From NCBI GenBank assembly GCA_903934195.1, contig CAIZMV010000034.1, forward strand, positions 2,419 through 66,418: a stretch of DNA of 64,000 nucleotides, written 5' to 3'. Shown here in pieces: positions 29,086 through 37,092 of the stretch. The notes under the pieces were generated by a model. That model had not been told where the DNA came from, did not search any database, and saw only the letters and a program-made list of their open reading frames with translations. This DNA is from an uncultured Acidimicrobiaceae bacterium (GTDB lineage Bacteria > Actinomycetota > Acidimicrobiia > Acidimicrobiales > Ilumatobacteraceae). Each line of letters starts with the position of its first letter. Position 1 is the first letter of the stretch. Both the position numbers and the translations under genes were made by a program.

Positions 29086-29861
29086 CCGGTCGTCTCGAAT
29101 CTGCTCTACGGGCGCGTATTGATAGTGGCGGGAAATGTTTAGTTCCATACATCACGGGTGGATATCCGGGTTGGGTTGATTCTGTACGCGCGTGTGCGGC
29201 CAATGGCGCAGATGCGATCGAGATAGGAATCCCGTTTTCTGATCCGGTGATGGACGGCCCTGTGATTCAACAGGCCTCACAACTTGCTTTGGAAGCGGGA
29301 GCTACCCCCGTATCGATTTTTCAAGAGATACGCAATCTGGACGTAGGAATTCCAATAGCGGTGATGTGTTACTACAACACTGTGTTTCATGCTGGACATG
29401 AACGCTTTGCCAGTGACTTGATCGCTGCAGGTGTGTCAGCGGCAATTGTTCCCGACCTCCCATTGGAAGAAGCAGGGGATTGGTGCGCAGCCGCAGACGC
29501 AGCTGGTGTCGAAACTGTGATGCTTGCTGCGCCAACTGCGCCCGATGAGCGGCTTCCTCGCGTAGCGGAGCGTGCTAGAGGATTCGTTTACTCAGTTGGA
29601 TTGCTAGGAGTGACTGGCGAACGTGCTGAGTTAGCGCTGACCGCAACTGTGCTCGCTGCCAGGGTGAAGAAGATTACGAACAAGCCTGTACTAATCGGTG
29701 TCGGCGTCTCAAATGCGGCGCAAGCAGTTGAGGCAAGTCGTGTTGCTGACGGCGTCATCATGGGAGCCTCGGTTGTTCATCGCATGATCGATGGCGGTTC
29801 AGAGGCGGTCGGACTATTCATTGCAGAAGTCCGCAATGCACTTGATGGTGCAACTTGGTGA
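29082..29861 (+). CDS. trpA: Tryptophan synthase alpha chain
   Basis: The GTG start overlaps the trpB stop (GTGA). TrpA-like sequence ([26 protein letters not shown]). Confidence 0.92.
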   Translation: MTGRLESALRARIDSGGKCLVPYITGGYPGWVDSVRACAANGADAIEIGIPFSDPVMDGPVIQQASQLALEAGATPVSIFQEIRNLDVGIPIAVMCYYNTVFHAGHERFASDLIAAGVSAAIVPDLPLEEAGDWCAAADAAGVETVMLAAPTAPDERLPRVAERARGFVYSVGLLGVTGERAELALTATVLAARVKKITNKPVLIGVGVSNAAQAVEASRVADGVIMGASVVHRMIDGGSEAVGLFIAEVRNALDGATW

Positions 29862-30178
29862 ACATCTTCGGCGAAGGCGTGTGCGAGCTGTGTCAGGCCG
29901 CAAAGATGTCCGAGTGGTTCTACGAAGATGACGAATGCTGGATAGCTGAGTGCGAGAGTTGTTCTGTGCCGATGGTTGTGTGGCGTGAACACAACGCTTG
30001 TCCTAGTGAAGAAGTGAAAGCCCGCCTGCACGAGAGGTTGTCTGAGATTGTGTCTGAATTCTTCACTTTCGAGATGCGAATTGACGACGACATGCGCACC
30101 ATTCCAGATCATTATCATGCCCATGCGCGCCCAAAGAAGGGTTTCTTTGGACATGGAATGCGCAAAGCAGCGCAGTGA
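29855..30178 (+). CDS. Small Cys-rich hypothetical protein with an HxHxH motif
   Basis: 107 aa. CELC ... ECWIAECESC Cys cluster, then PDHYHAHARP. The start (TTG 29855 or GTG 29858) overlaps the trpA stop. Confidence 0.55.
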   Translation: MVNIFGEGVCELCQAAKMSEWFYEDDECWIAECESCSVPMVVWREHNACPSEEVKARLHERLSEIVSEFFTFEMRIDDDMRTIPDHYHAHARPKKGFFGHGMRKAAQ

Positions 30179-30196
30179 AGGAACTACCGTTGCAGC

Positions 30197-30646
30197 ATGT
30201 TGACTGACGGATCCAAAGCACCAAAGATTGAACTGCTCGATCAGAACGGCAAGAAGTTTTCTCTTGCTGCCTTAGGCAAGAAGAAGGTTCTTGTTTATTT
30301 CTACCCAAAGGCTGACACCCCAGGTTGCACCACACAGTCGTGCGGACTGCGTGACATAAAAGATGACATTGGTAGGACCGTGATTGTTGGAATTAGTCCT
30401 GACAAGCCTGAGAAACAGAAGAAGTTCGACGACAAGTATGAACTGGGTTTTACTCTGCTGGCTGACACCGAACACTCCGTCGCAGAAGCCTTTGACGTGT
30501 GGAAGGAAAAATCCATGTACGGAAAGAAGTACATGGGAATAGTGCGATCTGCTTTTCTCATTCAGGACGGTGTGGTTCTCAATGCGTGGTACAAGATTTC
30601 GCCTGCCGACACCCCAGCTAATCTGTTGAAAGCTCTGAAGAAGTGA
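30197..30646 (+). CDS. bcp: Thioredoxin-dependent peroxiredoxin (Bcp)
   Basis: Peroxidatic Cys motif YPKADTPGCTTQSC. 149 aa. Confidence 0.9.
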   Translation: MLTDGSKAPKIELLDQNGKKFSLAALGKKKVLVYFYPKADTPGCTTQSCGLRDIKDDIGRTVIVGISPDKPEKQKKFDDKYELGFTLLADTEHSVAEAFDVWKEKSMYGKKYMGIVRSAFLIQDGVVLNAWYKISPADTPANLLKALKK

Positions 30647-31071
30647 CGTCGTTTCCGCTTCCAATTGATGTGTTGCCGCATCGTCCTCCGTTTTTGTTCA
30701 TTGACCGGGTTACGTCTCTAGAAGTTGGCGTTACTGCTGTCGGTCATTGGAAGCTGACAGGCGATGAGTGGTTCTTCCCAGGACATTTCCCAGGTCGTCC
30801 TACGTTGCCTGGTGTGTTGATGTGTGAGGCCATTGCTCAGTTGGGTGCGTATGCGTTGTTGACGGATCCGGTTCATCAATCAAAGCTTCCGTTATTTGGT
30901 GGACTTGACGGAGCGCGTTTTCGTCGCCAGGTTGGTCCAGGAGATGAATTGGAACTGCAAGCGACTCTTGGACACATCAGTGTACGAGGTGGCAAGGGTT
31001 CAGGCAGGGCTCTGCTGAACGGAAAGGTCGCGTGCGAATGCGACCTGATGTTTGTTCTCGTCGATAGATAA
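30643..31071 (+). CDS. fabZ: 3-hydroxyacyl-ACP dehydratase
   Basis: LPHRPPFLFIDRV and HFPGRPTLPGVLMCEAIAQ motifs. The GTG start overlaps the bcp stop. Confidence 0.9.
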   Translation: MTSFPLPIDVLPHRPPFLFIDRVTSLEVGVTAVGHWKLTGDEWFFPGHFPGRPTLPGVLMCEAIAQLGAYALLTDPVHQSKLPLFGGLDGARFRRQVGPGDELELQATLGHISVRGGKGSGRALLNGKVACECDLMFVLVDR

Positions 31072-31075
31072 CAAC

Positions 31076-31630
31076 ATGAGGCGTATGTCGGTTGCTCCTA
31101 TTGCGCAGCACGTAGGTGAGTACATCGTTCGTAAGTACGAGCGCTCGGATGCTGAAGCCTTAGTGATTGCTGTTACCGAAAGTTGTGAACACTTACGACC
31201 ATGGATGCCATGGATCAAGTTTGAACCGCAGTCTGTTGTTCAGCGAGAAGAGTTGATCAAGACATGGAAAAACGCATGGGAAGATCGCACAGATTTCGTT
31301 ATGGGGATATTTCTTGGTGATCGAGTAGTAGGCGGAACGGGACTTCATCTGCGCGGGTCTGCCAATGAGGTAGAAATCGGTTATTGGGTTCATGAGAATT
31401 ACATCGGTCAAGGAATTGCATCACGGGTGGCGCAAGCGTTGACAACTGAAGCGTTCAGACTGTGGCGAGAGATTGACACCGTTGTGATAGTTCACGATGA
31501 AGCGAACACTGCTTCCGGGAAAGTGCCGGCTCGGTTGGGATTCGAACATGTCTTTACAGGGCAAAGAGAGCCGGAAGCGCCAGGCGAAAGCGGCGTGATG
31601 TATCGCTGGGAAAAGAAACGAGCGAACTAG
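31076..31630 (+). CDS. GNAT family N-acetyltransferase (RimJ/RimL-like)
   Basis: GNAT core (IGYWVHENYIGQGIASRV). The ATG at 31076 lies 4 nt after the fabZ stop. Confidence 0.8.
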   Translation: MRRMSVAPIAQHVGEYIVRKYERSDAEALVIAVTESCEHLRPWMPWIKFEPQSVVQREELIKTWKNAWEDRTDFVMGIFLGDRVVGGTGLHLRGSANEVEIGYWVHENYIGQGIASRVAQALTTEAFRLWREIDTVVIVHDEANTASGKVPARLGFEHVFTGQREPEAPGESGVMYRWEKKRAN

Positions 31631-32815
31631 TTATTCGGCTGGGCCGATAATGACGGAGCCGTTGTGCCCGCCGAAACCAAAGTTGTTGGAGATGGCTGGG
31701 CCCGGAACCCAAGGACGCGCTGCGCCCATTACTAAGTCAATATCCATTGTCGGATCAAGTTCTGTAGTGCCAGCTGTTGGCGGAATCAACTTGTGCTGCA
31801 TGGAGAGCACTACCTGGGCAGCTTCAAGAGCGCCAGCAGCGCCAAGTGCATGGCCTGTGACGCCTTTTCCGCTTGTGACTGCAACGCCACGAGCGCCGAA
31901 GACATGGGTCATGGCTGCAGCTTCTGCGGCATCGTTGAGGGGCGTAGAAGTTCCATGTGCATTAACTAACTTCACATCGCTCGCTGAGATGCCTGCATCG
32001 TCAAGTGCAAGATTCATACAAGCAATGGCACCGGTTCCGCCAGGAGCAGGCGCTGTGATGTGATGCGCATCAGCATTGCTTGCTGAGCCAAGAATTTCAC
32101 CAAGGATTGTTGCACCACGTGCAACAGCGAGGTCGTAGCGCTCGAGAACGAAAACCGCCGCACCTTCGCCCATCACAAAGCCATCGCGGGTTGTATCGAA
32201 AGGTTTGGATACGCCCGTAGAAGACAGGGCAGTCATGTTTCCGAAACCGGCGAGAGAGGTAAGGGTGGCTGCACATTCAGAGCCACCGGTAGCAACTGCA
32301 TCACAACGACCCCATGCAATCAGGCGGGCTGCATAACCGATGGCATGGGTGCCTGCTGCACACGCGGTGCAAATTGTTTCGTTCGGTCCTTGCAGTCCGT
32401 ACTTCATGGAAATGGCGGCACCAGAAGCGTTGGCCATCATCATGGGTACAAGGAATGGAGAGACTCGACGCTCACCTTTTTCAACACGAATAATGACTTG
32501 CTCTTCAAGTGTGTGAAGACCGCCAATACCGGTGGCGAAAATGGTTCCGAAACGAGAAGGGTCAACATTGAGCGTGCCAGCCTGAGCAAAAGCTTCAGAT
32601 GCCGCAGCGAGGGCAAGTTGTTCTACTCGATCTGCGCGACGGGCATCTTTGGGTGAATCAAAATACGGCTGCGGATCCCAGTCACTGATTTCCAGAGAAC
32701 GAGAATTGGTGATTCCTGGCCCCATGAGACCATTCCAATATGCATCTTTTCCAATTCCGCACGGAGCAACAACTCCGAGTCCGGTGATGGCAACGCGATG
32801 TCCGACGCCCTTCAT
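31631..32815 (-). CDS. fabF: Beta-ketoacyl-ACP synthase II
   Basis: Active-site Cys context ICTACAAGTHAIG. HGTSTPLND and GHALGAAG motifs. Confidence 0.92.
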   Translation of the reverse strand: MKGVGHRVAITGLGVVAPCGIGKDAYWNGLMGPGITNSRSLEISDWDPQPYFDSPKDARRADRVEQLALAAASEAFAQAGTLNVDPSRFGTIFATGIGGLHTLEEQVIIRVEKGERRVSPFLVPMMMANASGAAISMKYGLQGPNETICTACAAGTHAIGYAARLIAWGRCDAVATGGSECAATLTSLAGFGNMTALSSTGVSKPFDTTRDGFVMGEGAAVFVLERYDLAVARGATILGEILGSASNADAHHITAPAPGGTGAIACMNLALDDAGISASDVKLVNAHGTSTPLNDAAEAAAMTHVFGARGVAVTSGKGVTGHALGAAGALEAAQVVLSMQHKLIPPTAGTTELDPTMDIDLVMGAARPWVPGPAISNNFGFGGHNGSVIIGPAE

Positions 32816-32833
32816 GATGCGAGAAGTCTTTGG

Positions 32834-33070
32834 TTAGAGCTTTGCGACTATGACGTCGAAAGCTTGACCAACAGTCTTTACTTCTGCAAGGTCTTCTTCT
32901 GGCACTTCAATGCCGAATTCTTCTTCAAGAGCCATGACTAGCTCAACGACGTCAAGTGAGTCCGCATCAAGGTCGTCTGCGAAATTGGCGGTTGGCACAA
33001 CTTGTGATGCGTCAACTGAAAGGGTCTCTACTGCGCACTTGACAAAGCGGCTGAATAGTTCTTGATCCAT
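32834..33070 (-). CDS. acpP: Acyl carrier protein
   Basis: 78 aa. LDADSLDVVELV phosphopantetheine-attachment (DSL) motif. AAGGAG SD upstream. Confidence 0.95.
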   Translation of the reverse strand: MDQELFSRFVKCAVETLSVDASQVVPTANFADDLDADSLDVVELVMALEEEFGIEVPEEDLAEVKTVGQAFDVIVAKL

Positions 33071-33156
33071 GGGGTGTTTCTCCTTGTTTGGTTCTCTAGT
33101 TTCGCACAGCGAGCACTTCGAGTCCGCCTTTTGCAGATTCGGGGCGGGGCGGACGT

Positions 33157-33861
33157 CTAATGGCCCATGCCAAGGCCGCCATCAACGGGCAGAATTGCCC
33201 CAGTGATGTAGGCGGCATCTGGACCTGCGAGAAATACCACAGCGCCAGCAATTTCGTCGGCCGACGCCATGCGAGCTAGCGGTACGGAGCTTGTGATCTG
33301 ATCAAGTTTGTCTTGTCCGAGAGCCGCAGTCATGTCAGTTTCTACTGGGCCAGGAGCCACAACGTTCACAGTGATGCTTCGTGATCCAAGTTCTCGCGCA
33401 AGTGAACGCGCAAAACCAACTAAGCCAGCTTTTGACGCTGCGTAATTTGCCTGGCCAGCAGATCCGAGCATTCCAACAACCGAAGACATGAGAATTATGC
33501 GTCCTCTGCGGGCACGCAACATGCCTTGTGTTGCACGTTTAACCACGCGAAAAGTGCCAGTGAGGTTGGCGTCGATGACAGATGAAAAATCAGTCTCACT
33601 CATCCGTAGTAGCAAGGTGTCTTTGGTGACTCCCGCATTGGATACCAAAACCTCTACCGGTCCGAACTTCTCTTCAATGGCCGTAAAGGCTGCGTCAACT
33701 TGCGCTGTGTCAGTGATGTCGCACTTGACCCCGAAGAATTGAGATGGCGGGGCAGTCGTGTTGTACGTAATTGCAACTGTGTCTCCTAGAGAGGCAAAGC
33801 GCTCTGCGCATGCAAGGCCAATTCCTCGTGAGCCTCCTGTAATCAGAACAACTCTGCTCAT
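33157..33861 (-). CDS. fabG: 3-oxoacyl-ACP reductase
   Basis: MSRVVLITGGSRGIG. YAASKAG catalytic motif. The start at 33861 overlaps the fabH stop. The ORF-track N-terminal extension runs inside fabH and is an artifact. Confidence 0.9.
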   Translation of the reverse strand: MSRVVLITGGSRGIGLACAERFASLGDTVAITYNTTAPPSQFFGVKCDITDTAQVDAAFTAIEEKFGPVEVLVSNAGVTKDTLLLRMSETDFSSVIDANLTGTFRVVKRATQGMLRARRGRIILMSSVVGMLGSAGQANYAASKAGLVGFARSLARELGSRSITVNVVAPGPVETDMTAALGQDKLDQITSSVPLARMASADEIAGAVVFLAGPDAAYITGAILPVDGGLGMGH

Positions 33862-34808
33862 TGGGCGTTCCACCTGACGACAGCACTGGCTGCAGTCATT
33901 CCTGCACCAAATCCGACCATAAGAACAAGATCGCCATCCTTGGCTCTTACCTGACCGAAATCCCCGAACAAAGCAAGCGGTATTGACGCCGAAGAAGTAT
34001 TTCCAGTTTCGTGAACAACAACTGCAACCTTTTCCATAGGTACGCCAAGTTTGTCGCACGCTGAAGTGATGATGCGGATGTTGGCCTGGTGTGGAACAAC
34101 AACATTGAGTTGGTCCGCTGTTACACCTGCAGCAGCCATAGATTTTTGTGCGCTGTCAACCATGATGCGAACTGCTCGACGGAACACTTCCTTGCCGTCC
34201 ATATGTACAAAGCCGCCAACTTCGCTGTACAGAATTTCTTCTGCACTGCCATCTGCATCCAAGTCCCATCCGAGCAGTTGTCCAGCTCCGGAAGTGCGTT
34301 CAAGAATCGCTGCACCTGAGCCGTCTGCGAAGAGAATTGCGGTATTGCGATCTGTCCAGTCAACGATTCGCGAAAGGCTGTCGGTTCCGATGACGAGGAT
34401 TCGTTGAGAACCCATGGCGATTAAACCGTGAGCAGTGATCATTGCGTATACAAAACCGGAACACGCTGCGTTGATGTCGAATGCTCCGCAACGAAGGCCG
34501 AGTGCATGTTGCACCGTTGCCGATGTGGCAGGAACGGTGCGGTCTGGGGTTGTAGTAGCTAGTACGAGGCCATCAATGCTTAATGGGTCAATACCGGCCA
34601 TCTCAATAGCTGCACGGCCACTAGCGATACTCATCTCGGCTGTTGAACCACCAATGTGTCGACGGTGAATACCCGTGCGCTCGCGAATCCACTCGTCGTT
34701 TGTATCCATTGTCTTTGATAAATCATCATTAGTGACAGTTTTGCTGCCAAGTGATGTACCCCAACCGATGAAGCGGGCACCGCGAACGTTGTCTGGGATC
34801 TGAGGCAT
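33858..34808 (-). CDS. fabH: Beta-ketoacyl-ACP synthase III
   Basis: NAACSGFVYAM (active Cys). VPHQANIRI and GNTSSASIP motifs. Confidence 0.92.
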   Translation of the reverse strand: MPQIPDNVRGARFIGWGTSLGSKTVTNDDLSKTMDTNDEWIRERTGIHRRHIGGSTAEMSIASGRAAIEMAGIDPLSIDGLVLATTTPDRTVPATSATVQHALGLRCGAFDINAACSGFVYAMITAHGLIAMGSQRILVIGTDSLSRIVDWTDRNTAILFADGSGAAILERTSGAGQLLGWDLDADGSAEEILYSEVGGFVHMDGKEVFRRAVRIMVDSAQKSMAAAGVTADQLNVVVPHQANIRIITSACDKLGVPMEKVAVVVHETGNTSSASIPLALFGDFGQVRAKDGDLVLMVGFGAGMTAASAVVRWNAQ

Positions 34809-34831
34809 TTTGTTCTACGTTCTTCTCGTAC

Positions 34832-36007
34832 TTATTTGGTTCGCAGCCAGGCAATGGGTTGGCGAGACGTTACGCGCTCACCCTCAACTGCGATGTAACT
34901 CTGAACTATTCCTGCAAATGGTGAACGCACTTCGGTTTCGCCGACATGGCCAATGAGGCGGCCCACTTCGATGGTCGTGCCACTAGCAATGTTCCCGATG
35001 GGAGTGAAGACGCCGGCTGAAGGACTAACAACCAAGCGTTCGATTGCAAAGAGATGTTCGCCTTCATGTTGTCCAGCTGCCAATGGGGCAGATGCGTCGA
35101 CCCATTCGATGAGTTTGTCTAATTCGTCTGGTGTGGCAACGCTGATGGTCCTTGCGGATTGAACTGTTCGCTTGGCCATCCCCGTGAGTACGCCACCTGG
35201 TCCTAGTTCTACAAAACCTGAGACTCCCGCTTCAGAAAGAGTTAAGAGGCAATGCTTCCAGCGGACTGGGTTAGATAACTGTGCAGATAACAGTGACGAC
35301 CATTCGTCACCTGCGTCATGCAAGGCAGCATCAACATTGGAGACAACTGGAACTTCGGTGTCGCGTGGATTCGCCGCAGCGATTGCAATGCGAAGTCGAT
35401 CTCGTGCTGCTGTCATAAACGGCGTGTGAAAGGCACCTGACACTTGAAGCGGCATTGCTTTCTTTGCGCCTAGTTCTTTAGCAACTGCTCCGGCTGCAGC
35501 TACGCCTTCCGGAGATCCGGCAATAACAACTTGACCAGGAGCATTGAAGTTCGCAACCCACACGTCGCTATCTGCACGTCGACACGCAACTTCAACAAGA
35601 TCGTCATCAAGCCCGAGAATTGCTGCCATGGTTCCAGGTGATGCAATGCCAGCTTCGTGCATTGCATCTGCTCGTTCAACAACTAAACGAACGCCATCTT
35701 CAAATGACAGTGCACCTGTCGCTGTAAGGGCCGTGTATTCGCCGAGGCTATGACCAGCACAAAAGCTTGGCTCGATTCCTAATCGTTCAACGGCATCAAG
35801 AACCATGAGGCTTGAAACAAAAGTTGTGAGCTGCGCATTGCGGGTATCGCGAAGGGTCTCAGCGTCGGCGTCAAGCAAAAGTGAAGCAACGTCACGACCA
35901 GCGACCTCGGACGCTTCGTCAACGAGTTCCCAGCTTTCGGTTTCAATCCACGGGCGGCCCATACCGGGTCGTTGCGACCCTTGACCGGGAAATGTAAAGG
36001 CAAGCAC
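34832..36007 (-). CDS. fabD: Malonyl-CoA:ACP transacylase fused to a C-terminal biotinyl/lipoyl-like domain that lacks the modifiable Lys
   Basis: FPGQGSQ and GHSLGEY motifs in the first ~300 aa. An extra ~85 aa tail (VVSPSAGVF...IEVG...GETEVRSPFAGIVQSYIAVEGERV) resembles BCCP but has no AMKM. Confidence 0.85.
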   Translation of the reverse strand: MLAFTFPGQGSQRPGMGRPWIETESWELVDEASEVAGRDVASLLLDADAETLRDTRNAQLTTFVSSLMVLDAVERLGIEPSFCAGHSLGEYTALTATGALSFEDGVRLVVERADAMHEAGIASPGTMAAILGLDDDLVEVACRRADSDVWVANFNAPGQVVIAGSPEGVAAAGAVAKELGAKKAMPLQVSGAFHTPFMTAARDRLRIAIAAANPRDTEVPVVSNVDAALHDAGDEWSSLLSAQLSNPVRWKHCLLTLSEAGVSGFVELGPGGVLTGMAKRTVQSARTISVATPDELDKLIEWVDASAPLAAGQHEGEHLFAIERLVVSPSAGVFTPIGNIASGTTIEVGRLIGHVGETEVRSPFAGIVQSYIAVEGERVTSRQPIAWLRTK

Positions 36008-36097
36008 CTTGAAAACCTTAGACGGCTAGTTAGCGGCAAGGCGTGCTACTCGTTAGTAAGGCTCTGAAGGGATGTGCCGATACCATGGTCGATCCTG

Positions 36098-36180
36098 GCC
36101 CGAGTGGCGGAATGGCAGACGCGACGGACTCAAAATCCGTTGCTCGAAAGGGCGTGTGGGTTCGAGTCCCACCTCGGGCA
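36098..36180 (+). tRNA. tRNA-Leu (anticodon CAA), class II with long variable arm
   Basis: Manual fold: acceptor GCCCGAG/CTCGGGC, anticodon stem ACGGA/TCCGT, loop CTCAAAA, T-arm GTGGG-TTCGAGT-CCCAC, discriminator A. CCA is not encoded. Confidence 0.88.
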
Positions 36181-36207
36181 CCCAGGCAATCCATACACTG
36201 AAGATGT

Positions 36208-36501
36208 ATGGGACATCGACTAGTTCAACGCCGCTTGTCCCAAGTGTCGGCTCGGATGAGGGAACTCACCGAGGAACTTCGTGTCGTGCAAGACCAAATG
36301 AGTCACGTAGTCGACGATGCGGACGAAAAGTCCTTAAGAGCTCTCGTTTCGGAAACTCCCTCTGCTGCATTTGAGTATCGCGAGGCCAAGAAGCATGCCG
36401 ACGTTATTCAGAGGCACCATCAACAGATAGTTGCCGAACTAGCTGACCTTGAGCGCCGTATGAATAGTCTTCTAGACCGTATGAAGGAGCCGAGCGCATG
36501 A
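36208..36501 (+). CDS. Hypothetical charged coiled-coil protein, translationally coupled to pdtaR
   Basis: 97 aa. Heptad-like charged sequence (MRELTEELRVVQDQ..., IVAELADLERRMNSLLDRM). Its stop overlaps the pdtaR ATG (ATGA). Start uncertain (36208 or 36256). Confidence 0.5.
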   Translation: MGHRLVQRRLSQVSARMRELTEELRVVQDQMSHVVDDADEKSLRALVSETPSAAFEYREAKKHADVIQRHHQQIVAELADLERRMNSLLDRMKEPSA

Positions 36502-37076
36502 GTATTCGAGTAGTCATTGCTGAGGACGAGGCCATCATCCGACTTGACTTGAAAGAGACTCTTGAAGAAGAGGGCTATGAAGTTGTGGGTGAAACAGGAA
36601 GAGGCGACAAGGCTGTCGACTTAGTGCGCGAACTGCGCCCTGATCTTGCGATCCTTGATATCAAGATGCCAGGCATGGATGGAATTGAAGCTGCTCGATT
36701 GATAACCAAAGATCGCATCTGTGGCGTTTTGGTGTTGACGGCTTTTAGTCAGCGAGAAGTCATTGAACAGGCTCGTGATGCTGGTGCCCTTGCCTACCTA
36801 GTGAAGCCATTTCAGAAAACTGATCTCGTGCCAGCAATTGAAGTTGCCATTGCACGCTTTCGTGAAATGCAGGCTCTTAACGGCGAAGTTGATGCGTTAG
36901 AAGAACAACTTGAAACCCGTAAGTCAATTGACCGCGCCAAGGGCATTCTTATTGATCAATGTTCTATGACTGAATCCGACGCATATGGCTTTATTCAGCG
37001 CGGCGCAATGAATCACCGGGCCACCATGAAGGCAGTGGCCGACATGGTGATATCTGGCGAACTGCGTCCCGAATAG
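36498..37076 (+). CDS. pdtaR: Response regulator with ANTAR RNA-binding output domain (PdtaR-like)
   Basis: REC domain (IRVVIAEDE..., DLAILDIKMPGMDG), then an ANTAR segment (RKSIDRAKGILIDQCSMTESDAYGFIQRGAMNHR). Confidence 0.88.
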   Translation: MSIRVVIAEDEAIIRLDLKETLEEEGYEVVGETGRGDKAVDLVRELRPDLAILDIKMPGMDGIEAARLITKDRICGVLVLTAFSQREVIEQARDAGALAYLVKPFQKTDLVPAIEVAIARFREMQALNGEVDALEEQLETRKSIDRAKGILIDQCSMTESDAYGFIQRGAMNHRATMKAVADMVISGELRPE

Positions 37077-37092
37077 TGATGGAGACAACTCC

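Noticed and set aside
33862-34059. Cys/Trp/Arg-rich 66-aa N-terminal extension of the fabG ORF
   Set aside because: It overlaps the 3' end of fabH in another frame. The canonical FabG N-terminus MSRVVLITGGSRGIG starts at 33861 with an ATGA overlap to the fabH stop.
36072-36374. 100-aa ORF spanning the tRNA-Leu(CAA) gene
   Set aside because: It runs straight through a canonical tRNA, is Arg/Ser/Gly-rich and has no SD. It is a spurious ORF.
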